Below are positions 1 to 14,579 of a stretch of DNA of 64,000 nucleotides, piece by piece. Position 1 is the stretch's first letter. Every line of letters begins with the position of its first letter. Made by a program: the position numbers and the translations under genes. The DNA is from Octopus vulgaris (taxonomy: Eukaryota). The stretch is from positions 52,328,001-52,392,000 of the forward strand of contig OX597828.1 of the NCBI GenBank assembly GCA_951406725.2, in the 5' to 3' direction. The notes below the pieces were generated by a model that saw nothing but the letters and a program-made list of their open reading frames with translations, made no database searches and was not told where the DNA came from.

Positions 1-113
1 AGTCCCATTGCGTGGCACCTTGGGCAAGTGTCTTCTACTATAGCCTCGGGCCGACCAAAGCCTTGTGAGTGGATTTGGTAAACGGAAACTGAAAGAAGCC
101 CATCGTATATCTG

Positions 114-148
<35 letters not shown>

Positions 149-344
149 ATTTGTGTGTGTGTGTTTGTCAACCGATGCTGGTGTGTTTATGTCCCCGTTA
201 CTTAGCGGTTCGGCAAAAGAGATCGATAGAATAAGAACTGGGCTTACAAAAGAATAAGTCCCGGAGTCGAGTTGCTCGATTAAAGTGGGTGCTCCAGCAT
301 GGCCGCAGTCAAATGACTGAAAGAAGTAAAAGAGTAAAAGAGTA
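1..344 (+). mobile_element. tRNA-derived SINE, family A (5' end cut by the window edge)
   Basis: Matches the other copies (16785, 50813): GGCACCTTGGGCAAGTGTCTTCTACTATAGC body, internal (TA)n/(TG)n, and GCTCCAGCATGGCCGCAGTCAAATGACTGAAA...(GAGTAAAA)n tail. Confidence 0.9.
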
Positions 345-374
345 TATAAAATACAAAGAAACAAAGCGAACTAA

Positions 375-497
375 GAATGTGTGATTAATAAGTTCGCTTT
401 GCAACCACGCAATTTCGGGTTCAGCACCAATGCGGGGCACCTTGGGATAGTGTCCTCTCCTATAGACTCAGATTCGGCAAATCGACCCTTGTGAGCC
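375..497 (+). mobile_element. Old degenerate SINE family A 5' fragment
   Basis: Diverged match to the head of family A (GGGTTCAG..CCA.TGCG.GGCACCTTGGG...CTATAG...CCTTGTGAG). Confidence 0.6.
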
Positions 498-567
498 TGG
501 CATACTGGAGAAGGACACACAAGAAGAAGAATATATTCACACACGACGGGAAAACAACAACGGCGTT

Positions 568-759
568 GAGGCGCAATGGCCCAGTTGTTAGGGTAGCTGA
601 CACGAGGTCGTAACGACGCGGTTTCGATTCCCAGATCGGGCATTACGAGTGTTTATTGAGCCAAAACATCTAAGTTCCACGAGGCTCCGGCGGGGGCGGG
701 GGGTGAACCCCACTATACTCTTTCACCAGAACTTTCTCTCACTCTTTCTTCCTACTTCT
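568..759 (+). mobile_element. tRNA-derived SINE, family B, 5' half
   Basis: GAGGCGCAATGGCCCAGT.GTTAGG (A box) and GGTTTCGATTCCC (B box); aligns to the copies at 54057 and 60005. Confidence 0.85.
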
Positions 760-1045
760 TCCACAAAGCAGAGGAACCATGGTGTAATCCACTATGGTGC
801 AGTAAAACTTTCAGACCCTAGTTTAGATTGCGAATCCTCTGTACCCCAGGATGGTTCAGCTCTCCAACCGTTAAAAGCCACCTTTTACGGAATGAGGATA
901 ACAACGTAGCTTTCGCGCCTGTGCAACCGCCAGTCTATCGCATGTGGTGGGTGGATCTTCAAGTTGCCACACGCATTCTTAGTAGCTTAGAGTAGGCTCG
1001 AATTAGATGTCATTCTTTGTGGCTAATGGCGTGAATCCTGATTGG

Positions 1046-1129
1046 AAGAAGAAGAAGAAGAAGAAGAAGAAGAAGAAGAAGAAGAAGAAGAAGAAGAAGA
1101 AGAAGAAGAAGAAGAAGAAGAAGAAGAAG
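1046..1129. repeat. (GAA)n microsatellite
   Basis: Pure GAA run seen directly. Confidence 0.95.
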
Positions 1130-1588
1130 CAACAGCGGCTGTCAATCTGTAGAAGGACAAACAGAAGCCCAAAATAAGCACGCACGCACACACGTGTACA
1201 TAAAAGTATCCTGTTTGTATTTTGTCTTTAAATGATGGTAATTTAATTGTTATTTGTAGCAGTTAAAATGTCCACATCGAAAATTCCTCATTGGCCCGTA
1301 ACTGAACAGTTTTTAGTGGGGCAGCCGGTTTGGGGGACTAGGTAAAAGTAGGGGCTTCAAGGTGATGAAACCCAATGTACCGAACTGTGACAAAAGAGGG
1401 TGTATTATGGGTAGCAGAGGTCAGAGTTCAGTGTGACACTCTAATGCTAAAGAGGTGTAGGAGGTGGTGAGATGGTGAGAATGATGATGGATAGAGATAG
1501 AAAGTAGGGATGTTGTACAAGAGTGATGATAGAAACGCAACACAAATTAGTGTAATGGGAGGGACAGAGTATGGAAAAGTAATCAAGT

Positions 1589-1634
<46 letters not shown>

Positions 1635-1743
1635 CTGCAGCAGCAGCGGCGGTGGCGGTTGCGGTAGGGGTGGTGGTTGCAGTGGTAGTGGAGGTAGTAG
1701 CGGTAGTAGCAGTTGGAGCACTACAAATACCTGCACATGGTAG

Positions 1744-2082
1744 CCGGTACTTTTTGGTTGTCTCACCCCTATTAAAAAATTGGATTATCTCCCACCGTTT
1801 TACGAGAAATATTGGTACTTTTGGTTTTCTCCCTCAACGACAAAAAAATTGTCTAGCCCTCAATAAAACAAACAAAAAGAAAAATGAAAAATTAATAGGC
1901 GTAGTGGCTGTGTGGTAAGTAGCTCTCTTACGAACCACATGGTTCCGAGTTCAGTCCCACTGCGTGGCACCTTGGGCAAAGTGTTTTCTACTGTAGCCTC
2001 GGGCCGACCAAAGCCTTGTGTGTGGATTTGTGATTTGGTAGCCGGAAACTTAACGAAGCCCGTCGTATATATGTATATATAT

Positions 2083-2153
<71 letters not shown>

Positions 2154-2569
2154 TGTGTTTGTGTTTTCCCTCCAATATCGCTTGACAACCGATGCTGGTG
2201 TGTTTACATCCCCGTAACCGATAGAATAGTACTAGACTTACAAAGAATAAGTCCCGGGATCGATTTGCCCGATTGAAGGCGGTGCTCCAGCATTGCCACA
2301 GTCACATGACTGAAACAAGTAAAAAGTAAAAGAGTAAACATGGAAACTGAAAAAAATTAAACATCTGATAACATTTATATAACAAATCATACCATCCCTA
2401 TTGGGGTGGCCAAACGTCAACAATGTGTTGAAGTATTGAATCAAAAGGATCTAACTTTTTTTAATCCAGTCTCTTGTGGCCACATTAACTCGATTTTTTA
2501 GTGAGAGATAACCGAATTTTGTAATGGCAATTTTTTTTAATGGGGGCGAGGTAACCAAAATGTATCTGG
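1744..2569. mobile_element. Old non-autonomous DNA element with imperfect terminal inverted repeats, interrupted by a SINE
   Basis: 1744-1795 (CCGGTACTTTTTGGTTGTCTCACCCCTATTAAAAAATTGG..TTATCTCCCAC) resembles the reverse complement of 2501-2569 (CCAGATACATTTTGGTTACCTCGCCCCCATTAAAAAAAATTG...GGTTATCTCTCAC). Confidence 0.45.
1898..2336 (+). mobile_element. SINE family A, near full length
   Basis: tRNA-like head GTGGCTGTGTGGTAAG...GTTCAGTCCCA, body, internal microsatellite and AGTAAAAG tail. Confidence 0.9.
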
Positions 2570-2789
2570 TAGTCTCACCATAAAAATAGCAGTTAAATCA
2601 TTTTTATGTCACGTCCTCTTTTCTTCCAGCTTGGATGAACATCTCGGAAATTGATGTAGTTGTAGATATAGTAGCCTAGAAAAAAAAAAACAGACTACTT
2701 GGCAGACTTTGTTTATAGGTCTATTTGATGAAAATGAACTTTAGGCGACAACGATGACGATGACGATGACGACGGCAGTGCCTCCACTC

Positions 2790-3097
2790 TCTCCAATCTT
2801 ATCTCTCTATCCGCTCAGTCGAAGTCGACTCTCGGTTACTCGTTGGATCAGTGTCCTCCTATCAGTTCTATCCTGGGCCGCTTCTTTCAGATTGGCTATG
2901 TCCATTCCGGTATCACTCTTGAATGTGTCAAGCCAGCGGGTTCTTGGTCGGCCTCTTCCTCTCTTGCCACTGACCATTCCGAGCATGATGTCCTTCTCCA
3001 GGGATTTTCTCCGCATAATATGACCGAAATATGCCAATCTATGTTTGGTGATCCTAGCTTCTAGCGACATTTTCGGCCTGATCTACTTAAGAACTTC
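2790..3097 (-). mobile_element. RTE-clade LINE, 3' end of ORF
   Basis: ORF 2807-3070 (SLEARITKHRLAYFGHIMRRKSLEKDIMLGMVSGKRGRGRPRTRWLD...) is the characteristic RTE/BovB-type C-terminus. Confidence 0.9.
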
Positions 3098-3166
3098 GCC
3101 AAACTTAGTGAGCCCTAAATGAGTAACCCTGCAACGGGCTTACTTTTCGATCAGTCGGAAAAGTTC

Positions 3167-3283
3167 GCCTGCTCACTAGCCAACGAGGTGGCATCATTCG
3201 AATGCTAAGACGATGCAAAGCGTATTCTGACTAGCGATGTATTACTACATCCGATAGTCTGGTCAATCACACGATCACGTGAT
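3167..3283 (+). mobile_element. SINE family B, degenerate 3' half
   Basis: Aligns to 54250-54364 and ends in ...GATCACGTGAT. Confidence 0.75.
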
Positions 3284-3490
3284 ATCTGCGTGTGTGCATG
3301 AGTGCGCTTGTGTGTGCGTATCTTATTGACGAGTACACTTGACTAAGGTCAACCGGAGGAAACTTAGCTAGTAGTACTAATCAGGTTTATTAGCATTCAA
3401 TTATATACAAACAGGAATATATATATATTGGTAAAAACGGTAAGATAACAAAAGAAAGAAAGAGACCTCAATATTATGTAAATAGAGGAA

Positions 3491-3528
<38 letters not shown>

Positions 3529-3852
3529 GCAGCAAATGAAATAAAAAACAGAACACAAAGGATGTCGCGGTACACGTGTTTTCAAGCTTTATACAACAAC
3601 CTATTCTTACACCAATGTATAATCGACATAACAGATGGTTTAAAGCTCTCTTCAGCCGCATGCAATTGCTATACCAAAGACTTCCATCACATTATGAAAA
3701 TACCGAAAATGTACATTTGGTATTATCTATAATGGTGGGTATACTGAGTTTCACTGAGAAAGTATGTTTGTAAATCTTCATAATCAAATAGGTGTGTAGG
3801 TTATCATTGGACTTCAAAAATCCGTCCATACTCTATCATCAGTCAACATAGA

Positions 3853-3928
<76 letters not shown>

Positions 3929-5010
3929 ATGTATGTATAAATATATATATATACACACACAGATATTCGCATATACATACATATAAAATACGTGAATATG
4001 TGTGTGTTTGTGTGTGTATACCCAAATACATATATATATATATATAAACATACATACATATGCATACCTACGTCATACATACACACATGCATATACAGAC
4101 ATACATGTACGCATGTATATACACAGTTGTATACACCTTTATAGACATATATAGTTATGTACATGTTTGTAGCAGTGTGAATGAGAGAGTGTGTGTGTGT
4201 GTGTGTGCATGTGTGTGTGTGTACGTGTGTGCGAGCGTGTGTGTGTGTGTGTGTATGTGTGTAAGCATGTCTGAGTAGTAAGATAATTCGCAGCAGATAC
4301 GCTGATAGAGTTATAGATATACAGGTATACACACGTATGTGTTTAAATGCGTAAGCACCCATATACTCTCAAGTGCACACACAAAACGCATGCATATATG
4401 ATATATACCTACATGTCTTTATAGAAGCACACATATACACACATGAAATATATATAGGAAGACAATCGCCCACAATACATAAACACAGCCAAAACGCACT
4501 TCATCATACAGCAGACAGAAGTACGTGGATAGAAACCATCTGATGTTGTCTTAGGGGCTTCCTGGTGGTCCCTAAACCTCAGGGGTTCCACCCAGACGCG
4601 TAGTGATCTCCCTTTTCCTCACATCGTCTCCCAACCACCCTGCGTAGATCGCTGATAACGGCCATCTTGTTACCGTGGAAATCCTATCCCACTCTCTTTA
4701 GTACTTGTCAGATTGTATCTCGTCCGTTTGTTTGTCACTCGGTGTGTTGTGTCCGCTCTCGCCCTCTCGCAAGCACCAACACCAACACCACCACCACCAC
4801 CACCACTATCACCACGCCCTCTTTCACTCTCTCTCTTTCTCTCTCCACTCACACACATCGTTTGTCTCTTATCTTTCAAATGATTCTCTGATTGTTTTCA
4901 CCTGCTTCTCTGTCACTCCTGTATTGTCTGTCAGTTTTTCTTTCAGCTTCTCTCCTTCTCCCTCTCGACCCCTCTTTCCCTCTCTCTCTCTCTCTCTCTC
5001 TTTCTCGTTC

Positions 5011-5103
<93 letters not shown>

Positions 5104-5116
5104 ATATATATATATA

Positions 5117-5214
<98 letters not shown>

Positions 5215-5294
5215 GATCTGTCAATCTTTAATGCTGCATATATATAACTATATATCTCACCAAAAATCTCTCTATATACCAACATTTCTGTTCA

Positions 5295-5359
<65 letters not shown>

Positions 5360-6117
5360 AATCTCACTCTCTCTAGCTCTTACCAAAACGACTGTACTCT
5401 CTCCAGCTTTTCATCCACGCACCTACATACTTCGCTTGCACTCTCTAATTTCTCTTACATTATTACTTTTCTGTCTCTGTCTCTGTCTCTCTCTGTCTCT
5501 CTCTCTCTTTCTCTCTCTCTCTCTACTTTTCTCTCTTCTCCCACTCTCTCATTTGAGTTTTCTCTATTACACACACAAAAGTACTCATACCCCCAGGTAT
5601 TTCAAATGGAATCCGATTTATAATTCATCTCACGATGTCAATCCTCACCTCCAAACAGCATTTCCTTAGATACGATATAGTTCTAATTACAAATCCCCGA
5701 TAGCTCGATAAAAGAAAATTTGACCACGCTGGTATTTGAACTCAGAATGTAAGTAGACGCATTGAACTTATACCTAGCTACACATATGTGCCTTAAGGCG
5801 CGGGGTAGGCGTAGGGAATTTAGTCAAAACCACTACTTAAGGGTAATATACTATAAGGGTGTCAATAAGGTGCTTATCGATTATGAACTAGATTGCTTTT
5901 ATCGTAGACTCCATCCGGAACTTACGGATTGGTACCAAAATCTCGTGGAGGGAATCGATAGAGATTCGGAGAAGATAATTTTATATTATATTTAGTTCCT
6001 TAATGTTCTTAGTGCTCGTTGAAATATCGATAAGACGTGTAACTGTAGTGAATCCACTTTTAACCTTTTTTTTTTTTTTTTGTGTTAATCGCGACAATGT
6101 ATATCAGTATATTAGTT

Positions 6118-6256
6118 TATCGCTGGCGGAGAGATGAGTCCTACTAACTCTAGCGGTCGGGCGCCCAGCATTGACAAGACCAATGAAGGTCCAAAACTCG
6201 TGATCTCGTGGTCTCGGCGCTGGAGGTCGCGAGGATTTATCTTCCTGCTAGCGATA
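6118..6256. mobile_element. Small MITE-like element
   Basis: Imperfect ~25 bp inverted ends: TATCGCTGGCGGAGAGATGAGTCCT versus the reverse complement of the right end, TATCGCTAGCAGGAAGATAAATCCT; GC-rich interior. Confidence 0.45.
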
Positions 6257-7115
6257 TAAGCAAGAATGCGTTTTGCACCAAAAGCAAATATGAGACGTTT
6301 AGGTGGGGATAAATATTACCACTGGGTTCTCTAAAACTTTGCTTTTCATCCTTTCAGCTTCGACGAAATATAGCAACAGTCAAGAATTGCACTCGATGGT
6401 ATCAACGACGCCATCCCTTCATATTTTCCTGGCCTTGTGCCTGAAATAGGAAAAATTAAGATCCGGATTAAATGAATGAATAGAGAATTCCTGTTAGTAT
6501 GTCATACATGTTACGGGTAGGTTTAAAAGAATGGAGGGCTGTTCAGGGAAAGATGAGCAAATTAATGGTCCACACTCACAACTCTGATAAATTACGCATT
6601 CATGTCCCGGGTGCTGTAACTCTCCACTCTTCCTGAAAACGAACAGCCAAACAGCCATTCTTTTCACACCATAGGTCAGTTCATCTTGTATCATCAAAAC
6701 CCAATTGTTCCATAAAATACTGATTATGTGGTCACATATAAGAAGTTCGATTAAACAACATCATATCATCTCTGACCATAGCAGAGAGTCATTTGGCCAT
6801 ATTTCTCTGCGACTCTCCTTTCCCTGTATATTATTAAACCATAATTGTCCGCATTTTGGGTTCATCATGAACTGCTACACCCCACCAAATTTCCACCTTG
6901 AAAAGCACAGTCTTATAAATTAGACAGGTTGCCTTCTTCATGATGCATACGTATATACCCATAACATACATGCTCACATACATACATGATTACATACATA
7001 CATACATACATACGCATATATTTATACTTACATATATAAACACATATACTTACACACACTCACATATGATATACATATAGATAGAGAAATAGACAGATAT
7101 GAATATATGTTTATG

Positions 7116-7149
<34 letters not shown>

Positions 7150-7206
7150 TGTATGTATGTATGTATGTATGTGTGTGTATGTATTTATGTATCTATCAAT
7201 CTCTCT

Positions 7207-7298
<92 letters not shown>

Positions 7299-7460
7299 CA
7301 TATATATATATATATTCTATATAAAGTTTTATATTGTATATAAATAATAACATGTATAGTATATAATGCATATAATATAGTTGTGTATTCGCTCAGTGGC
7401 ATTTATGTATGCACAGAACGAGAGAGTGAGTGAGAGTTGGGAGAGAGGTAGAAAGAAAGC

Positions 7461-7548
<88 letters not shown>

Positions 7549-8206
7549 AAAGAAGTAAGCATATCAATAGAAGATTATGCAGAAAGATGTATACACACTT
7601 ACAGAAAGGCGTTGAATACATATAAAGTGAGCAAGAAAATGTGTTCGACAGACGGACATACATAAAGACACACAGACAGAGAAGCAGACAGACAGACATA
7701 CATACAGACGTGGACAGGCAAGGTGTAAAGATGGCATCAATAGAGTCCTTTTAGTCACAGTTTGGTAATTACACCTAACACCTATCGCGCTGTGTACAGC
7801 GTCACCATTTTATGAAAATCAACAATGGCGGTGCTAACACAATTAGAATCACATTAACGCCATCTTGGCTATTTAGTGGCGGGAAACGCTCTCGGTTTTC
7901 GCTAGCGCTGCGAATGCATGCGTATGTATTGTCTGTATGTTGTATTTGTGTGTGTCTTTGTGTGTGTATGTTTGTATGTGTGTTTACGTGTGCGTGTGTA
8001 TATGGGAGTGTTTATATGTGTGTACATGGTTTCAGCGCGGGTCGTGGGTGGTTGAAGGGGTTTGAATTTGGAAAGAGCGAATAGGAAAGATTAAGGAATG
8101 AGAGTAGATGGAGGGAAAGAAGAGAGTGCTGAGCAGATAAGAGAGAGGGAGTAAGTACAGAGACGTGTGAATATATATGTTCTTGCGTGTGTGTATGAGT
8201 CTCTAG

Positions 8207-8272
<66 letters not shown>

Positions 8273-8713
8273 CTGTGTTTGTGTGTGTAAGTATATATAT
8301 GCTAGTGATGTGTGGGTTTTAGGTGGAGCTTTGCAGAAATGGAGGTTGATGGCAAGAATGGTGAAAATGGACGTAAACAGCTGGATGTATTTGAGAGACA
8401 GGGTGACGTGTGGCTGGTTGATTTCAAATGTGGATGGCAAGAGACAGACAGACAAACAGGAACAGAGGAAGAAAGTGAGAGAGAGAGAATGGCAGAGCGA
8501 CAGAGAAAGAGAGATAGAGAGAGTGTGTGTGTGTGTGTGTGATAGAGAGACACGTGAGAAGACGAAACAAAGCTTTTTATGTAAAGAGAGATGAAGATAG
8601 AATGAGAATGATTGGAAGAGTCAAAAAGTAAGAGATTAAATTTAAAAATTAATAAAAATAAACGAAATAAGGAGATAACCGTATACAGCCATACATACAG
8701 TGAAACGCGAACC

Positions 8714-8768
<55 letters not shown>

Positions 8769-8804
8769 TATATACGTGGATAAACATATATTTCTGCGAC
8801 AGAC

Positions 8805-9004
<200 letters not shown>

Positions 9005-9534
9005 GGAAAGTCCAGTAGAAAGAAGGCGATCAAAAGAGAGATTAAAAGGGAGAAAGAAAGGAAGACATTGAGAGATAAAGAGAGAGAGAGAGTTAGAGAG
9101 AGAGAGATAAAGAGAGAGAGAGAGAGAGAGAGTTAAGAAGGGAAAGAGACAAACGACAATAAAACTTAAGTTTACACATGAGAGTAAGAGGTTTTGAGTG
9201 GTGCTTCAATACATTGGAGTACGCTAATGGCGTCCAATTAAGAGAATCATATAACACGGCTGCCTGCCTGTCTGCCTCTCTCCATGTCTGTCTGTGTGTG
9301 TATCTGTCTAATTTGCCTATCTGCCTTTGCGTATGTCTGTGTGTGTGGCGCAGTGCCTGTGTATGTCACATTGCTGTAATGCGTTCATTATTGACGAAGT
9401 CATATGTTTCATTTAGGTGTAATTCGTTCCATTCAGATAACAGTCACCGCCTCTGCTACTTCCTCTGGCAATCTCTATATTTCATCTCCTACTTTCTATG
9501 TCTATCTATCTATCTATCTTATATTTATATCTAT

Positions 9535-9607
<73 letters not shown>

Positions 9608-9958
9608 GTCTGACTCCCTGCCTGTCGGTTTGTCTGTCTGTCTATCCATCTATCCATCCATCCATCCATCCAGCCATCCTTCCATTCATCCATCTATCTA
9701 TCTATTTACCTACCCTCTCTCCTTCTCTCTCTCCTTCTCTCTCTCTCCTTCTCTCTCTCCTTCTCTCTCTCCTTCTCTCTCTCCTTCTCTCTCTCTCCTT
9801 CTCTCTCTCTCTTCTTCTCTCGCTCCCCCTCTCTCCCCCTATTTCTATCTATCTATCAAAGCATGTATAAATTTGCGTGTATATTAAATACCGTGGGAGT
9901 ATATATACTTATGTGCAAATGTGTGTATATTTATATATATATACATACATACATTTTG

Positions 9959-10015
<57 letters not shown>

Positions 10016-10861
10016 GTATGTGTGGATACATACATTTGTGTGATGCCTAGATATCTATATTTACCTATCGATCTATATAACTATGTATCTATAAAATTGT
10101 ATGTGCACATATCTGTTATATACCTATACACACATACACATACACATACGCACAAACACGTACACATATGTAAATGCATGCATACACACTCACAACCTGG
10201 TATCTAGTTATATACCTTGGTGAAGTGGCAAGTAATGTAATATATTACAATAACTATTTTTCTATCCAAACCTTTTACACTTTCTACGTAATGGAATAAA
10301 ATTGAAAGTAAAATTATTGCTTTATGTTAAACTATGGAAGGGAAATGGTTAATAGTGTCTGGTTGGAAACCATTCCAGGTGTTTACAGTTAAATACTTTA
10401 GAAATGGAAATTATTCTAAGCACTTCTCTTCACTCAGATTTTGCAAAAACGCCTTCCATTTTTGAGAATATTATATTTTAGTGCTTCTTTCAGCTTTCAA
10501 CATTAAAAATGCTAACACAAACTTAGTTATTGGCGTGTATGTTAATGACGATACATTTGCATCTTGTCTAGAGGAGAGTTATTTCCAGAATATTCTGAAA
10601 CCATACTTGATGAGATATATCGATACTTGGCAACATACTCAAAATACACACACCACAGTTACATGGTTCCGGTTCGATTCCACTTCGATGTTATCGTAAT
10701 TCTCTTCTAACACTGCTTCGTGTCGAATAGTTTTGAGTGAAGCTTAACGGTCAGAAAGTGTTTTGAAGACCTGTTGTTTAGAAGGAAGATTCGTGTATTT
10801 GGCTAGCAGGTTTCATTCACTGCCTTATTTAGCACCATCAAGCACTTCTTCGATGGATTTG

Positions 10862-11034
10862 CGACGGGGTGCTGAAATGTTCCTGGCTTTGCGTAAAAGA
10901 AAATACAGGAGGATCAGTTAATCATGATATCATTGAATATATTGCCATCTCAGATTTACACATTTACAGCAGCGGTCCTTCAAGAAGGCTTTTCATTACA
11001 CTCTTAAAGCCTGGAACTTTTCAGCATCACCTCG
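10862..11034 (+). mobile_element. Mariner-type MITE
   Basis: 29 bp TIRs: CGACGGGGTGCTGAAATGTTCCTGGCTTT versus right-end reverse complement CGAGGTGATGCTGAAAAGTTCCAGGCTTT; TA on the right flank; a second partial copy lies at 60733-60823. Confidence 0.8.
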
Positions 11035-11920
11035 TATGAATGTATGTACGTATGTATGTATGTATGTATGTATGTATGTATGTATGTATGTATGTATGTG
11101 TATGTATGTATGTATGTATGTGTGCATGTATGTATGTATGTATGTATGTATGTATGTATGTATGTGTGCATGTATGCATGTACGTATGTATGTATGTATG
11201 TATGTATGTATGTTTGCATGTATGTATGTATGTATGTATGTATGTACGTACATATGTATGTATCTTTGTATATATATGTGTATGTATGTGTATTATACAC
11301 ACACACACACACATACGTACATACAGACATAAATGCATACATACGTACACACATATATGCATAATAAACAAGCAAACATAAAAAATACCTATATAAATGT
11401 GTGTTTATGTCTGTGTGCGATTAGGAAGGGGTGGGGGTGGGGGGCTTGTTGTCGCTTCTTCATTTTCGATGTGAATCTTTTCCGTTTGTAATTCCTAGAA
11501 CTACCCCCACCGAATCTCTCGTGTTTTAAAATATCAAAATATTTATGTGATTATTGAAATAGGATGCCACAGTCGAATATAAAATGCTAAGGAAATTGCC
11601 AAAATATTGAAGCATCCATATTACATTAAGTACTCCTGCATATATTATGAACCTAACAACTAACAATATACGATTACAGAAGACAACGAAAGAAAAAAAA
11701 ACCAAACAAATAAAAACAGTTCAGTAACATCACTATTATCATCGACAGGGTTAGGATGATAGCCACCGTATTTACATGATATTGTTATCAGTAATGCTAG
11801 CGTCGACGTAGTCGTTGGTGTGTTCCTTGTCTTTATCACCATGATCATCATCATAACAACCATAAGTAGCTTTTGCTCTTGTTTCCGAATTTTACTACGA
11901 TTGTCAAAAGTGTACAACAG

Positions 11921-12003
<83 letters not shown>

Positions 12004-12010
12004 ACTACTC

Positions 12011-12093
<83 letters not shown>

Positions 12094-12149
12094 GCTGCTG
12101 CTGCTGTTACTACTACTACTACTACTAATAATAATAATAATCCTTTCTT

Positions 12150-12380
12150 ATTTCTTTATTGCCCACAAGGGGCTAAACACAGAGGGGACAAACAAGGACA
12201 GACAAAGGAAGTAAGTCAATTACATAGATCCCCAGTGCGTAACTGGTACTTTATTTATCGACCCCGAAAGGATGAAAGGCAAAGTCGACCTCGGCGGAAT
12301 ATGAGCTCAGAACGTAACGGCAGGCGAAGTACCGCTAAGCATTTCGCCCGGCGTGCTAACGTTTCTGCCAACTCGCCGCC
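12150..12380 (-). mobile_element. tRNA-derived SINE, family C, full length
   Basis: Minus strand GGCGGCGAGTTGGCAGAAACGTTAGCACGCCGGGCG...GAGGTCGACTTTGCCTTTCATCCTTTCGGGGTCGATAAA; matches 27277 and 60331; flanked by (AAT)n. Confidence 0.9.
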
Positions 12381-12429
<49 letters not shown>

Positions 12430-12440
12430 CAACAACAATA

Positions 12441-12595
12441 ATCTTTTCTGTTAAAAGCACAAGGCCTGAAATTTTTGGGGAGGGAATAAGTCAACCTCAG
12501 TGTTTCACTGGTCCTTAAATTATCGACCCCGAAAGGATGAAAGGCAAAGTCGATCTCGGCGGAATTTGAACTCAGCATTTTGCCCAGCTTGCTAA
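12441..12595 (-). mobile_element. SINE family C variant with a different 3' tail
   Basis: Same central domain, but the tail is TTTCAGGCCTTGTGC..., as also seen at ~34410. Confidence 0.8.
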
Positions 12596-12599
12596 ATAA

Positions 12600-13400
12600 T
12601 GATTTCAAATATATCGCATTCCTTCCCTAAAGGTCATTTAGATTTATTTTTGCACCCACATCCAAGGTAAGCGTGAATCGTAGGCAGTTTATTGATGTAG
12701 GTTTTGATAAACCCTTTCATAACCCTCCACCTTCTCAATCATCTAGTGCTCAGAATAGATCTCGTAAAGTTTTATTGGTTCGCACCCAACCTTTTCCCCT
12801 AAATGTTAGGATAAATGTTGGTAGAAGATTCTTGCTGTTCGCAGATATTCACTTTCGTAGCACACATAAATACTGAACAATTTTTAACAGTCACGCAATT
12901 TAAATTACTTTTTCACGCCCCGTTTCTTTAGACCTATATCAATAAACAATTGACCACACAAGTCTGCCTTGGATGCACATTCAAAAATACACCTAAATGT
13001 CCTTTAGGGCAGAAATGCAATGTCCTTCGTTGTTCACAAAGCACGGGTATCAGCTATTTATTACAACGGTCGAACAGAGATGAAACGTTAAATTGGATCA
13101 GTAGATGAAAAATTTGAATCCAGACATAACAGCTATCTTCCAACATTTAGACACCGTGAAAAGAGACATACAACAACCCTCTCCTCATTAATCTGGAAAC
13201 TTAAAAACGAAAGGATTAACTACAACATCAAATGGAAAACCCTTTCCAAAACTAAAACCCTATATTAATGGTCCAAAAAGAAATTTGATATGTTCTTTCG
13301 TAAAACTATATCTTTTAAAGATCTTAAGAGCCTACAATGACCACGAAAATTCCGTAAACGAGATTTTTCTTATGTTAGCATTAGAAAGCATATATATCTC
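12600..13400 (+). pseudogene. Degenerate Penelope-like element (RT-thumb/linker plus GIY-YIG), same clade as the 38727 element
   Basis: Frameshifted translations RKVLLVRTQPFPLNVRINVGRRFLLFADIHF, KCPLGQKC and TTLSSLIWKLKNERINYNIKWKTLSK parallel STGLSAYIWELKSKNLDFRLNWKILT of the 38823-40016 ORF. Confidence 0.8.
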
Positions 13401-13764
13401 GACGGAAATAGATCGTAAAGGACAACACCCTTCCAACCCCACTAAATTGGAAGCTTACCCTACTTCAAGTGAAGTCCTCTTGTGGAGGTTGCTTATGGTA
13501 TTTCGCCACACTTCAAAGATTGTTTGCACTTCACATTACCATAGATTATCCAGTTTTCTTCTCCCGTCACCATTCTTATAAACAAAGATAGTTTTCTTTA
13601 AGTATCTGCAACGAATCAAAGATGGAGACCCGTTGGGTTTTCTTAGCACCAGTCAGTTGATGTGGGACTCAAACATCGAGCCTACTGACATAATCAAGTC
13701 GACCTGAAGGTTTTCAACATTCGATTTGAATATTTTGGGAACTTGAAAAAACACATGAAAATGC

Positions 13765-14256
<492 letters not shown>

Positions 14257-14429
14257 TAAACGAAAAATAACAAAATGCAAAAATACATCCTAGGTTTTTG
14301 ACATGATACTGTTACAGCGTCCACCGCCGCTCCTGAGATTTTTTCAATCATAATCGGTTATAAAACGGAGGGGAAAAAAATTAAAAATAAAAATAAAAAT
14401 GCCAATACATTAAATGCAAAATACATAAA

Positions 14430-14511
<82 letters not shown>

Positions 14512-14521
14512 TTTAATAATG

Positions 14522-14579
<58 letters not shown>

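Noticed and set aside
760-1045. Possible LINE 5' UTR on the minus strand next to (GAA)n
   Set aside because: It looks repeat-like, but there is no second copy or protein motif in the window to support a call.
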